Assembly: GCA_963735595.1 (NCBI GenBank)
Contig: CAVTLK010000005.1
Location: 231,760 to 295,759, forward strand
Length of the DNA: 64,000 nucleotides
Reading direction: 5' to 3'
Source of the DNA: an uncultured delta proteobacterium
Lineage (GTDB): Bacteria > Desulfobacterota > Zymogenia > Zymogenales > Zymogenaceae
The notes under the pieces are model-generated. The model saw only the letters and a list, made by a program, of their open reading frames with translations, ran no database searches and had not been told where the DNA came from. Made by a program: the position numbers and the translations under genes. The number at the start of each line of letters is the position of its first letter. Within the stretch, counting starts at the first letter, position 1. Positions 10,842 to 20,444 of this stretch are shown here, in pieces.

Positions 10842-10929
10842 TCTCTCCGCATACCCTCACGAGGCCTCGTGTCCGGTCCGTTCGGGTCATGACGGAACCC
10901 CGTACGATCCGTCGATTTGTATCGGGCCG

Positions 10930-12363
10930 TTAGGACCCGGAAAGCACCCTATTAAGCAGGTCGTTTACCATCTGGGGGTTTGCCTTCCCCCTGGTCTCCT
11001 TCATTACCTGACCTACAAAAAAGGTCAGCAGCTTTTCCTTCCCGGCCTTAAGGTCAGCCGCCTCCTTGGGAAAAGAGCCCACCACCCGTCGGATCACTTC
11101 CTCGATCTGTGCGGGGTCCGAGATCTGGGTAAGACCCTGATCCTTGACGATATCGCCCGCGGATTTTCCGGTCTTTACCATCTCAGAAAAAACGGTCTTG
11201 GCGATCCTGCCGCTGATGGTGCCGGCCTCTATGAGGTTGATAAGGCCGGCAAAGTTTACGGGGCTAATCGGGCTGTCCGTGATATCACGCCGGTTTTCCT
11301 TGAGCTCGCGCATCAGTTCGGTCATGATCCAGTTGGAGGCCTGCTTGGGAGGGGCGCTTTGCCCGACGACCGCCTCAAAATAGTCGGCCATTTCCTTTTC
11401 CGCGCAGAGCACTTCGGCGTCGTAGTGGGGGATGCCGTAGTCGCACACGAATCGCTCAACCTTGGCGTCGGGGAGCTCCGGGAGCTCGTCCTTGATGTGC
11501 TCGATCCACTGACGGTCGATCATAAGGGCCACCAGGTCGGGGTCGGGGAAATATCGATAGTCGTGCGCCTCTTCCTTGCTCCGCATCGACTCGGTAATGT
11601 CCCGCGCGTCGTTCCAGAGCCTGGTTTCCTGGATTACCGTGCCCCCGTCCTCAAGGACCTGTATCTGGCGCTTTATCTCGTATTCGAGGGCCTTTTCGAC
11701 GTTTCGAAACGAGTTCATATTCTTGAGCTCGGCGCGGGTGCCCAGCTCCCGTGCCCCGGCGGGGCGCACCGATACGTTGGCGTCGCACCGGAAGCTGCCT
11801 TCCTCCATGTTGCCGTCGCAGACTTCGAGGTATCTGAGGATACTCCTGAGCTTTTTCAGGTAGGCGCCGGCTTCCTGGGGGGTGGTGATGTCCGGCTCTG
11901 AGACGATCTCCAGAAGCGGGACCCCCGTCCGGTTCAGGTCGACGTAGCTCTGCGGGGCGCGCTCGTCGTGCAGGAGCTTGCCCGCGTCTTCTTCCATATG
12001 GATGCGGGTGAGGCCGATCTTCTTTTTATTACCGTCGGTCTCGATCTCGATATACCCGCCCTTTGCAAGCGGGTGTTCGTACTGAGATATCTGATATCCC
12101 TTTGGGAGGTCGGGATAGAAGTAGTTCTTCCGGGCAAACCACGAGCCGTTGCAGACCTCTCCTTTGGTGGCCAGCGCCGCCCTGATGCCGAATTCGACGA
12201 CCCGCTTGTTGAGCACCGGCAGGACCCCCGGCTGCGCCGTGCACACCGGGCAGATGGAGGAGTTCGGCTCGGCCCCGAATTTCGTGGAGCAGCCGCAGAA
12301 GATCTTTGAGTCCGTCAGCATCTGGGCGTGGACTTCGAGTCCGATGACCGCCTGGTAATCCAT
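10930..12363 (-). CDS. gatB: Asp-tRNA(Asn)/Glu-tRNA(Gln) amidotransferase subunit B
   Basis: [27 protein letters not shown]...[12 protein letters not shown]...; full-length GatB plus the C-terminal YqeY-like domain. Start chosen at the conserved M-DYQ. Confidence 0.9.
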   Translation of the reverse strand: MDYQAVIGLEVHAQMLTDSKIFCGCSTKFGAEPNSSICPVCTAQPGVLPVLNKRVVEFGIRAALATKGEVCNGSWFARKNYFYPDLPKGYQISQYEHPLAKGGYIEIETDGNKKKIGLTRIHMEEDAGKLLHDERAPQSYVDLNRTGVPLLEIVSEPDITTPQEAGAYLKKLRSILRYLEVCDGNMEEGSFRCDANVSVRPAGARELGTRAELKNMNSFRNVEKALEYEIKRQIQVLEDGGTVIQETRLWNDARDITESMRSKEEAHDYRYFPDPDLVALMIDRQWIEHIKDELPELPDAKVERFVCDYGIPHYDAEVLCAEKEMADYFEAVVGQSAPPKQASNWIMTELMRELKENRRDITDSPISPVNFAGLINLIEAGTISGRIAKTVFSEMVKTGKSAGDIVKDQGLTQISDPAQIEEVIRRVVGSFPKEAADLKAGKEKLLTFFVGQVMKETRGKANPQMVNDLLNRVLSGS

Positions 12364-12391
12364 AAAAGAGCGCCTCGTATAATCTCTAAAA

Positions 12392-12430
12392 GCCGGCCTC
12401 AAGGCCGGAGAAATTTGCCGTATTATACCA
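12392..12430 (-). promoter_or_regulatory. putative gatB-proximal promoter (extended -10 TGGTATAAT) and leader hairpin
   Basis: Minus strand reads ...TTTGGTATAATACGGCAAATTTCTCCGGCCTTGAGGCCGGCTTTTAGAG...ATG. A TGnTATAAT motif is followed by a GC hairpin plus U tract about 25 nt before the gatB ATG. Confidence 0.3.
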
Positions 12431-12618
12431 AATAATCGGTACGCGTGTCGCGTTTTCTGACTAAATTACTATTATAAATATTTAATGAGTGAAGTCCCCG
12501 GCCGGTTCCGGCCGGTAAGCGGTCTTGCGACATTGATTATATGCAGCACAGATGCCGCGGGATGTCGGACAGGCCGCCGGTTTTCGGGGGGGATTGGTAG
12601 ATAAGGGCCGGCTGTTTG

Positions 12619-14079
12619 TTACAGGGCCGGCCTGGGGGTCTCGGCCGTCCGGTGGGCCTCCACGAAGCGGGCGGCCGTAAGGATATCGGGCTCGCCGAGG
12701 GGTTTCCCGAGCAGCTGCAGGCCGATCGGCAGCCCCGCGCCGTTTGTCCCGGCGGGCACCGATATCCCCGGGATGCCGGCGAGGTTGGCCGTGACGGTAT
12801 AGATATCGCCCAGGTACATGGAGAGGGGATCGGAGACCTTCTCCCCGATCCGGTAGGCCGCAGTGGGGGCGGCAGGGCAGGCGATCACGTCCACCTCGCC
12901 GAAGGCGCGGTCGAAATCCTCCCGGATGAGGCGGCGAACCTGGAGGGCCTTTTTATAGTAGGCGTCATAATAGCCTGCCGAAAGGGCATAGGTGCCCAGC
13001 ATGATGCGGCGCTTAACCTCCGCCCCGAAGCCCGCCGACCGGGTATGCCGGAACATATCGATCAGCCCGTCGTCGGGGCGGACCTCCCGGAACCCGTACC
13101 TGACCCCGTCGTACCGGGCGAGGTTGGAGCTTGCTTCCGAGGGCGCGATGATGTAGTACGATGCCAGGGCATACGTGGTGTGGGGCAGGCTGATATCGAT
13201 AATCCGCGCCCCCCCCTCTTTGAGCAGCGCCACGGCATCGTTTACGCGCCGCGAGACCTCCCCGTCCAGACCCTCTCCGAAATATTCCTTCGGCAGGCCC
13301 ACCCTCATTCCCTTCACGCCGGCAGCCAGCGGCCCGAGGCAGTCGGGCGCCGGGATATCGAGCGACGTGGAGTCCCGCCCGTCATGGCCGGAGATCACTG
13401 ACAGCAGCAGCGCCGCGTCTTCAACGTCCTTGGTTATGGGGCCGATCTGGTCCAGCGACGACGCGTAGGCGACCAGCCCGTATCGGCTTACCCGGCCGTA
13501 GGTCGGCTTCAGACCCACAACGCCGGTGTATGAGGCGGGCTGGCGGATGGAGCCGCCGGTATCGGACCCGAGCGCCCCTGCGCACAGGTCCGCGGCGACG
13601 GCCGCCGCCGATCCGCCGCTGGAGCCGCCGGGGACGTAGTCGGTATTGTGGGGGTTCCTGGTCGGCCCGAAATGGGAAGACTCGGTGGAGGAGCCCATCG
13701 CGAACTCGTCCATATTGGTCTTGCCCAGGATCACGGCGCCGGCCGCCTTGAGGCGCTCGATGACGGCGGCGTCGTACGGCGGGACGTAGTCCTTGAGCAT
13801 CCGCGATCCGCAGGTGGTGGGGACCCCTTTAGTGCAGATAACGTCTTTTATGGCCAGCGGAACGCCGGTAAGCGGGCCCGCGTCCCCTTTGGCAAGGCGC
13901 GCGTCGGCCGCCTCCGCCGCGGCAAGCGCCTCTTTTTCGGTGACGGCCAGATATGCGTTGAGCTTCGGGTTGATCCGGGCGATCCGCTCGATGAATTGCC
14001 CGGTCAGCCGGACCGAGGATATCTCCCTCTTTTTGAGGAGTTCGGCCAGCTCGTGAATGGTAAGTGCGGTCGGGTCCAT
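12619..14079 (-). CDS. gatA: Glu-tRNA(Gln) amidotransferase subunit A
   Basis: 486 aa. [13 protein letters not shown]...amidase signature; [29 protein letters not shown]. Confidence 0.9.
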   Translation of the reverse strand: MDPTALTIHELAELLKKREISSVRLTGQFIERIARINPKLNAYLAVTEKEALAAAEAADARLAKGDAGPLTGVPLAIKDVICTKGVPTTCGSRMLKDYVPPYDAAVIERLKAAGAVILGKTNMDEFAMGSSTESSHFGPTRNPHNTDYVPGGSSGGSAAAVAADLCAGALGSDTGGSIRQPASYTGVVGLKPTYGRVSRYGLVAYASSLDQIGPITKDVEDAALLLSVISGHDGRDSTSLDIPAPDCLGPLAAGVKGMRVGLPKEYFGEGLDGEVSRRVNDAVALLKEGGARIIDISLPHTTYALASYYIIAPSEASSNLARYDGVRYGFREVRPDDGLIDMFRHTRSAGFGAEVKRRIMLGTYALSAGYYDAYYKKALQVRRLIREDFDRAFGEVDVIACPAAPTAAYRIGEKVSDPLSMYLGDIYTVTANLAGIPGISVPAGTNGAGLPIGLQLLGKPLGEPDILTAARFVEAHRTAETPRPAL

Positions 14080-14087
14080 GGCTGCTT

Positions 14088-14390
14088 CTATTCTATTACC
14101 TTTGGGACGCGCAGGAGCGTTCCCTTGGCGTCGGGCGCGTTGCCGATAATGGCCGCCGCGTCTCCGGAGGGCCGCACGAGGTCCTCGCGCATGACGTTCG
14201 TGTTGGGGATGGCGTGGGTCATCGGCTCGACGTTTGCAGTATCGATCTCCCTGAGCGTATCCATGTAGGTCAGGATATCATTGAGGACGTCGGTAAAACC
14301 CTTCGTCTCCTGCTCCGAGAGCTCCAGGCGGGCGAGCTTTGCCACGTATCCGACCTCTTTGGCGGTGATCTTCTGTGTGCGGTCAGCCAT
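14088..14390 (-). CDS. gatC: Asp/Glu-tRNA amidotransferase subunit C
   Basis: 100 aa. [39 protein letters not shown] is a typical GatC, immediately upstream of gatA. Confidence 0.85.
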   Translation of the reverse strand: MADRTQKITAKEVGYVAKLARLELSEQETKGFTDVLNDILTYMDTLREIDTANVEPMTHAIPNTNVMREDLVRPSGDAAAIIGNAPDAKGTLLRVPKVIE

Positions 14391-14397
14391 ATAGAAC

Positions 14398-15783
14398 CTA
14401 CACCTCCATCTGCCCCAGGCTGTCGGACGCGGTCATTTTCTTTGCCTCGCCCCCCTTCACGAAGAGCATCGTGATGAGCGCCAGGGCAAAGAAGGCCGGC
14501 ACGAGGTAGAACATGGTCTTGTAGTCGCCCTTATTGTAGTCGATGAATACCCCGACGATTGGGGGGGATATGGTCTGGGCCAGCATCGAGAAGAAATAGT
14601 AGAGGCCCGTATAGGTCCCCAGCATTTCTTCGGTGCTGATGTCCCAGATCATCGGGAACGAGTTAATGTTGACGCATGCCCAGCCCACGCCGGAGATGAA
14701 CATGACGGCGATTATCACGGGGATTGACGTGGTAAAGGCCATGAACGACATCGGGACGATCAGGAGGAGGAGACCCGTGATGATGGTCTTCTTTCTTCCC
14801 ACCCGCGTTGCCACGAACCCGCTCGGGATGGCGAAGATGATGAACGTAATGATGAATATCCCCAGGATCATCGAGGCGGTGCCGGGTTTTAAGCCCAGTG
14901 TGTTTACGCCGTAGAGCGTGAAGAAGGTCTCCACCGCGTTATAGGCGAAGAACCAGAAGAAGATCGACAGGAAGATGAATACCGTGCTCTTATGCACCCA
15001 CCTGAGGATGGTGATAAAGACGATCAGCGCAAATACCGCCAGTGCGATCAGCATGTGCCCCTGGTAGATCGCCTCCTCCTTGAAGAAGGTGAGGAACGAA
15101 TCCAGCACGCCGGTCTTGTTGAGGATAAGGAACGAGACCACCCCCACCGCCAATGCGATAGTGGAAACCTTAACGAGACGCCACGAGATATCCTCGGAGG
15201 CCTCGGCGGGTATATCCTTCGGCTCCTTGATGGTGAGGTAGACGACGACGATGGCAACCAGCATGACCGCGGCGATCACGAAGAAGGGGACGTCCCGGTT
15301 CATGTTGAACAGCGCCCCGCCCGCAAAGACCGCCACCAGCGCGCCGGCCCCGCCCATGAAGTTGATGACGCCGTTAGCCTTGCTCCTCACCGGCGAGGGG
15401 AAGATGTCGGGCATCAGCGCGATGACCGGGGAGCGGAAGAGCGCCATCGAGAGGTTCATCAGGACGATGAAGGTCAACATGAGCGTGAGCGTCTGCGCGA
15501 CCGGGATGAGCGCGAAGAAGACCGCGGCAATCGGCGCCCCGATCAAGAGATACGGCATACGCCTGCCGATTTTTGTCCTGGTCTTATCGCTGGCGGCCCC
15601 GATGATCGGCTGGATGGTTACCGCCAGGATATTGTCGAAGGTCATGATGAGCCCGATGAGGGCGTTGGATGCTATGAAGCCCTTGAGGAGGATGGGGACG
15701 AAGCTGTTATAGAACGTCCAGACGACCGAAACGCCCAGAAAACCGAAGCCGAGAAGAAAGGTCTTCTTATAATCGAGTTTCAT
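14398..15783 (-). CDS. MFS transporter
   Basis: 461 aa with 12 predicted TMs and the GxxxD...R motif region (IGAASDKTRTKIGRRMPYLL). Confidence 0.75.
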   Translation of the reverse strand: MKLDYKKTFLLGFGFLGVSVVWTFYNSFVPILLKGFIASNALIGLIMTFDNILAVTIQPIIGAASDKTRTKIGRRMPYLLIGAPIAAVFFALIPVAQTLTLMLTFIVLMNLSMALFRSPVIALMPDIFPSPVRSKANGVINFMGGAGALVAVFAGGALFNMNRDVPFFVIAAVMLVAIVVVYLTIKEPKDIPAEASEDISWRLVKVSTIALAVGVVSFLILNKTGVLDSFLTFFKEEAIYQGHMLIALAVFALIVFITILRWVHKSTVFIFLSIFFWFFAYNAVETFFTLYGVNTLGLKPGTASMILGIFIITFIIFAIPSGFVATRVGRKKTIITGLLLLIVPMSFMAFTTSIPVIIAVMFISGVGWACVNINSFPMIWDISTEEMLGTYTGLYYFFSMLAQTISPPIVGVFIDYNKGDYKTMFYLVPAFFALALITMLFVKGGEAKKMTASDSLGQMEV

Positions 15784-15940
15784 GGATAGTCCCTCCGAAT
15801 CGTTTCCTGTTAGGTAACACGACTTTTAGAGCGATTGTCAATCAAAAAGGGGTGAAGGGGGGATGGGCCGGTGGGGTGACGCATTGACATGAGGGGCATC
15901 CCGTGGTAGTAGTATCATATTACCAATATTTGATGATTCA

Positions 15941-16022
15941 CCGTCATTGCGAGGGCCCGGAGGGCCCGTGGCAATCCCCTGACTCTCACTGTATAACTAA
16001 GTATGGTGTCACCATAACTTCC
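15941..16022. repeat. mosaic intergenic repeat: left terminus and core of the CGTCATTGCGAG element plus a half GGTGACACC hairpin module
   Basis: ccgtcattgcgagggcccggagggcccgtggcaatcccctgactctcactgtataac matches the 48846-49001 element in reverse orientation. The adjoining aagtatggtgtcaccata matches the arms of the 16618-16697 hairpin. Confidence 0.6.
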
Positions 16023-16033
16023 CGGAGGACGAT

Positions 16034-16609
16034 ATGGACGATACGAGGGTTGTGCGCCCCACGGTCACGGATACGGTGCTGGCCGTCATCGATTTCCAAG
16101 GGTCGCTTTTTTCGACGATGGACAAAGAGGTCGGGAAACGGACGCTCGAAAAGACGATCCTGTTGATCAAATCGGCGCTTATTCTTAATCTTCCGATCGT
16201 TGTGACGGAGCAGTATCCCAAAGGCCTGGGGCTGACGATGGACGAGGTCCGCTCCGCCCTCGGCGACGCGTATCGGCCCTCCGAGAAGATCTCCTTTTCC
16301 ATCATGGGAGACGAGGGGATCGCACGCGAGGTTAGGGCGCTGGGGCGACGCAATTTTATCCTATGCGGCATGGAGACGCACGTCTGCGTGATGCAGTCGG
16401 CCGTGGACCTGGCCGAAGAGGGATTTACCCCCTACGTCGCGGCCGACGCCGTCTGTTCGCGGGAACGGCTGGACTGGGAGGCCGGGCTCTCGGTGATGGA
16501 GGGGGCCGGGGCCGAGATCACGACCGCCGAGACGATCGTATTCGCGCTCCTGGGCAAGGCCGGCACGCCGGAGTTCAAGGCGTTTTCGAAGCTCTTGAAG
16601 GGGGAGTGA
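16034..16609 (+). CDS. isochorismatase-family cysteine hydrolase
   Basis: 191 aa. VLAVIDFQ...ILCGMETHVCVMQSAVDLAEEGF is the catalytic Cys context of the isochorismatase fold. Confidence 0.75.
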   Translation: MDDTRVVRPTVTDTVLAVIDFQGSLFSTMDKEVGKRTLEKTILLIKSALILNLPIVVTEQYPKGLGLTMDEVRSALGDAYRPSEKISFSIMGDEGIAREVRALGRRNFILCGMETHVCVMQSAVDLAEEGFTPYVAADAVCSRERLDWEAGLSVMEGAGAEITTAETIVFALLGKAGTPEFKAFSKLLKGE

Positions 16610-16617
16610 GAAGGAAT

Positions 16618-16697
16618 TTTGGTGACACCATACTTAATTCCTCGTTTTCAGTTAAATAAGAGATAGGACGAATTAAGTATGGTGTCACCAAAATTCA
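16618..16697. repeat. perfect 24-bp inverted-repeat hairpin module (GGTGACACC family)
   Basis: TTTTGGTGACACCATACTTAATTC-29 nt-GAATTAAGTATGGTGTCACCAAAA, directly after the isochorismatase stop. Related copies lie at 4608-4692, 15999-16016, 26962-27043 and 37664-37690. Confidence 0.7.
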
Positions 16698-16794
16698 CCT
16701 GAATTTGCAGGGGCCGTTCGCGAACAGCCCTCGGGCGGCTCGCGAGCCGTCCCTGCATACATCCAAACAACCCGTTGCCGCCCCGTAAGATTTA

Positions 16795-16881
16795 CCGTCA
16801 TTGCGAGCGAAGCGAAACAATCCCCTGACTGTCACCGTACAACAAGGGGATTGCGGGCCCTTCGGGCCCTCGCAATGACAG
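16795..16881. repeat. miniature TIR element (CGTCATTGCGAG...CTCGCAATGAC) with internal CAATCCCCTGAC...AGGGGATTG palindrome
   Basis: ccgtcattgcgagcgaagcgaaacaatcccctgactgtcaccgtacaacaaggggattgcgggcccttcgggccctcgcaatgacag. The 12-bp terminal inverted repeats and an internal inverted repeat make a ~87-bp hairpin-forming unit. Copies lie at 15941-15998, 27120-27256 and 48846-49001. Confidence 0.7.
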
Positions 16882-17244
16882 TTCTAACGCCCCCCCTAAT
16901 TCGTATCCCCCTATCCGACAGAATTAGACTATTATAATCTACGCGCCCATTAAACAAACTGCGAAACTCCTTGACTTTACCGCCCTTATCGAATAAAATC
17001 ACTTATTTATGTGGAGACGAACCTCGCGAGGTGGAAGGAAGGATGAAAGCCGATTTCCCCGATTTTCTGATCCGTGGTTTTTCTCTGTGCCGTTTGACGC
17101 ACGAGTTTCTATTGCTTCCATTGTCTCTTTTGGCCGCTATCGGCTTTTCGATAACCCGGGCAGGCATGCCGTAAGAAAACCCAAACCGTACTATTAAATA
17201 TCAACCATTCGAAATACCAACCCACATTCCAGAGGGGACGTTGT

Positions 17245-18192
17245 ATGGATATGATCGAGGTTAAGAACCTTACCAAGTTTTACGGCCCTCACGCCGCACT
17301 GAAAGACGTGAGCTTTACGGTAAAGAAGGGGGAGATCCTGGGCTTCCTCGGCCCTAACGGCGCCGGGAAAACCACCACGATGTCCATCCTGACCTGCCTG
17401 TTCCCCCCGACCTCGGGCTCGGCATCCGTGGGCGGGTTTGACGTGCTGGACGACCCCATCAAGGTCAAGCGGCAGATCGGCTACCTCCCCGAGAACATCT
17501 ACCTCTATACCGATATGACCGTTATCGGCTACCTGAAGTTTGTTGCCGAGATCAAGGGGATCGCCAAGAAAGAACGGCAGGCTGCCGTCGATAAGGTCAT
17601 CGTGCTGACCGAGACCGGCAGCGTCGCCGGCCGCGGGATCAAGAAGCTCTCCCGCGGGTACCTTCAGCGGGTGGGCATCGCCCAGGCGCTGCTCGGCGAC
17701 CCGCCGCTGCTGATCTTCGACGAGCCGACGATCGGCCTGGACCCGATGCAGATCATCTCCATCAGGAACCTGATCAAGTCGCTTGGCGGCCAGCGCACGA
17801 TCCTCCTCTGCAGCCACATCCTGCCCGAGGTGAGCCAGATCTGCGGGCGGGTCATCATCATCAACGAGGGTGAGCTTATCGCGGTCGATACCCCGGCCAA
17901 CCTCGGCCGGCGGATGAAGGGCAGGGGCCGCATCATCATTACCGTCCAGGGCCCCGCGGACGAGGTCGCCAAGACGCTTTCGGGCGTGCCGGGTGTAACG
18001 GGGGTCAAGCAGGAGGAGGCGAGCCTCTTCGGGACGTCCTACCTTGTCCAGTCCAAGGACGACCAGGAAGTCAGGCCAGACCTGGCAAAGGCCGTCGTGC
18101 AGAGCAACTTCAAACTGATCGAGCTCAAGGCAAAAGACGTGACGCTCGAAGACATCTTTATCAAACTCGTTACGGAAGAAACGGAGGCCTAA
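17245..18192 (+). CDS. ABC transporter ATP-binding protein (GldA-like, ABC-2 type)
   Basis: GPNGAGKTT Walker A, LSRGYLQRVGIAQAL signature, LLIFDEPTIGLD Walker B. Confidence 0.85.
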   Translation: MDMIEVKNLTKFYGPHAALKDVSFTVKKGEILGFLGPNGAGKTTTMSILTCLFPPTSGSASVGGFDVLDDPIKVKRQIGYLPENIYLYTDMTVIGYLKFVAEIKGIAKKERQAAVDKVIVLTETGSVAGRGIKKLSRGYLQRVGIAQALLGDPPLLIFDEPTIGLDPMQIISIRNLIKSLGGQRTILLCSHILPEVSQICGRVIIINEGELIAVDTPANLGRRMKGRGRIIITVQGPADEVAKTLSGVPGVTGVKQEEASLFGTSYLVQSKDDQEVRPDLAKAVVQSNFKLIELKAKDVTLEDIFIKLVTEETEA

Positions 18193-18195
18193 CCG

Positions 18196-18969
18196 ATGAA
18201 AAATATATGGGCTCTCTATAAGAAGGAGATGAACTCCTACTTCACGTCGCCGGTGGCGTACGTGATTATCTTTATCTTCCTGGTTATTGCCGGGTTCTTC
18301 TTCTTCTCGATGATATTCTCGTTTTCCAAGGTGACCTCCGAGTATATGAACTACCCCGAATACATGGATTACCTGAACCTCGGGGAGTGGGTGGTGCGGC
18401 CGCTGTTCGGCAACCTCTCGGTGATTCTCCTCTTTATGCTGCCGATACTCACGATGCGGCTCATCGCCGAGGAAAAACGGTCGGGGACGCTCAAGCTGCT
18501 GCTCTCGTACCCGGTCAGGGATATCGAGGTGCTGCTGTCCAAGTTCTTTGCCGCCGAGACGGTGCTCATTGCCATGTTCGTGTTGACCGCGCCCATCCCG
18601 ATCTTCCTGTTTGCCTACGGCGAGCCGGAATGGGGGGTGATCCTCACCAATTACCTCGGCATGATCCTGATGACGGGGGCGTTCGTCTCGCTGGGCCTGT
18701 TTGCGTCGTCGGTGACCGAGCGTCAGGTGGTGGCGGCGGTCATCACGTTCGGGGCGCTGATCCTCATCTGGGTCATCAACTGGGCCAAGGACCTGGCGGG
18801 CTTTACGGTGGGAACGATCCTTGACGACATCTCGCTGCTTTCGCATATCGAGAACTTCACGAAGGGGGTGATCGTCACCCACGATATCGTCTACTACGTC
18901 CTCTTTACCTCCTTCTTCCTTTTCCTGGCCCTCACGGCCCTGCAGTCCCGCACGTGGAGGAGCAAATGA
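18196..18969 (+). CDS. ABC-2 family permease (GldF-like)
   Basis: 257 aa with 6 TMs, directly after the ATPase with a 3-nt gap. Confidence 0.75.
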   Translation: MKNIWALYKKEMNSYFTSPVAYVIIFIFLVIAGFFFFSMIFSFSKVTSEYMNYPEYMDYLNLGEWVVRPLFGNLSVILLFMLPILTMRLIAEEKRSGTLKLLLSYPVRDIEVLLSKFFAAETVLIAMFVLTAPIPIFLFAYGEPEWGVILTNYLGMILMTGAFVSLGLFASSVTERQVVAAVITFGALILIWVINWAKDLAGFTVGTILDDISLLSHIENFTKGVIVTHDIVYYVLFTSFFLFLALTALQSRTWRSK

Positions 18970-20444
18970 TGAAGAAACTCTGGTCGACCATACGAGACTT
19001 CTTTAAGCGAATCGAGTTCGAGCCCCTCACGAGGGGCCAGAAATATGGGGTGAGCACGGTCGTGGCGGTGATCCTGGTTTTGGCCATGGTCGTCTTTCTC
19101 GAGGTGATCTCCTATAAACACAACAAGCAGTTTGACCTCACCGAGGATAAGCGGTACACCGTGTCGATGGAATCGACCAACGTCCTCAAATCGCTGACCG
19201 GCGAGCTCAAGGCCGTGGCCTTCTGCACCAGGGACGACGTCAAGACGAAGGTCGGCGACCTCCTGGAGCAGTACAAATACGCGTCGGGCGGCAGCTTCGA
19301 GTACCGCTTTGTTGACCTCTACCTTTCCCCCGGAGAGGCCAAGACCTACACCGTGACCGAGGACAACACCATCGTTTTCATCTACGGCGACCGCGAGGAG
19401 CGGGTGGTGCTGACCGAGACCGATCTCATGGGGTCCGGGGAGCAGAAGCTGACCAACGCGATCCTCAAGGTGACATCCACCGAGGCCAAGTCGGTCTATT
19501 TCCTCACGCGGCACGGAGAGCGGGACATCGCGCTGGAGACCGAGGAGGGGTTTTCCCGGATAGCGACGCGGCTGGAGAGCCAGAATTACGTCGTCAAGCC
19601 GCTGGACCTCTTATCCGCACCCACGGTGCCGGAAGACACGGCGGCCCTGATTATCGCCGGCCCCCAGAAAGACCTGTTTGACGCGGAGATTACCGCCATC
19701 GGCGACTATCTCGCCGGCGGGGGATCGCTCCTGGTGATAATGGACCCGGGCGTTGAGGTCCCCCGGCTGGCGGCGCTCCTCAAATCCGTCGGAATCGCGA
19801 TGCCCAATGATGTCGTCATCGACCGGGACAGCAAGGTGCTGGGCGGTGACTACCTGCTGCCGGTGGCAAGCACCTATCTCAAGCACCCGATCACGAAGGA
19901 CCTGACGGTCCTCTCGTTCTATCCCTATACGCGTTCGGTCCTGATTAACGAAACGGCCGCCGAGAGCGCGGGGTGGAACCTCGGCTACCTGGTCAACACC
20001 GGCCCGAACAGCTGGGCCGAGACGGACCTGGGCGCGCTGCGCGAAGGCAAGGCGGAGTTCACCCCGGGCGTCGATACGGTGGGCCCCGTGGCGGTGGCGG
20101 TCGAGGGGGCAAAAGAGATTACCTCCGACGATGAAGCCGACGATGAGGCCGAGCCCAAAGAGGCGCGGATCGTGGTCTTCGGCAGCTCGAGCTTCGTTGC
20201 CAACAGCTATTACCTCATGGCCGAATCCAACGCCTCCAACGTCGATATCTTCCTCAATTGTGTCAACTGGCTTGCCGGCAATGAGAACCTCATCAGCATC
20301 CACGCTAAGGAGACCAAGTCTTCGCCGCTCTTCCTCACGGGGTACCAGGGGCTGGTGATATTTATCGTCTGCGTGGTTCTCGTTCCCCTGGCCGTCCTGG
20401 GGGCGGGGGTCTTTGTCTATCTCAGGAGGAGGTTTGTGGAATGA
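18966..20444 (+). CDS. GldG-like ABC-associated auxiliary protein
   Basis: Its ATG overlaps the permease stop (ATGA). It has an N-terminal TM, a large periplasmic domain and a C-terminal TM (LVIFIVCVVLVPLAVLGAGVFVYL), the GldG family architecture. Confidence 0.65.
   Translation: MMKKLWSTIRDFFKRIEFEPLTRGQKYGVSTVVAVILVLAMVVFLEVISYKHNKQFDLTEDKRYTVSMESTNVLKSLTGELKAVAFCTRDDVKTKVGDLLEQYKYASGGSFEYRFVDLYLSPGEAKTYTVTEDNTIVFIYGDREERVVLTETDLMGSGEQKLTNAILKVTSTEAKSVYFLTRHGERDIALETEEGFSRIATRLESQNYVVKPLDLLSAPTVPEDTAALIIAGPQKDLFDAEITAIGDYLAGGGSLLVIMDPGVEVPRLAALLKSVGIAMPNDVVIDRDSKVLGGDYLLPVASTYLKHPITKDLTVLSFYPYTRSVLINETAAESAGWNLGYLVNTGPNSWAETDLGALREGKAEFTPGVDTVGPVAVAVEGAKEITSDDEADDEAEPKEARIVVFGSSSFVANSYYLMAESNASNVDIFLNCVNWLAGNENLISIHAKETKSSPLFLTGYQGLVIFIVCVVLVPLAVLGAGVFVYLRRRFVE

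Noticed and set aside
12364-12618. T-box or other known leader riboswitch in the gatA-gatB spacer
   Set aside because: No T-box (AGGGUGGNACCGCG-like) motif or specifier-loop architecture was seen. It is kept only as a promoter/hairpin observation.
12616-14474. Plus-strand ORFs overlapping gatA and gatC
   Set aside because: They are antisense artefacts of the strongly supported gatCA genes.
14992-15789. 265-aa plus-strand ORF, highly acidic and basic
   Set aside because: It is antisense to the MFS transporter and has a low-complexity D/E/R/H-rich sequence.
17194-18882. 562-aa minus-strand ORF
   Set aside because: It is antisense to the well-supported ABC ATPase and permease genes. Its R/D/E/H/G-rich low-complexity translation is typical of GC-rich antisense frames.
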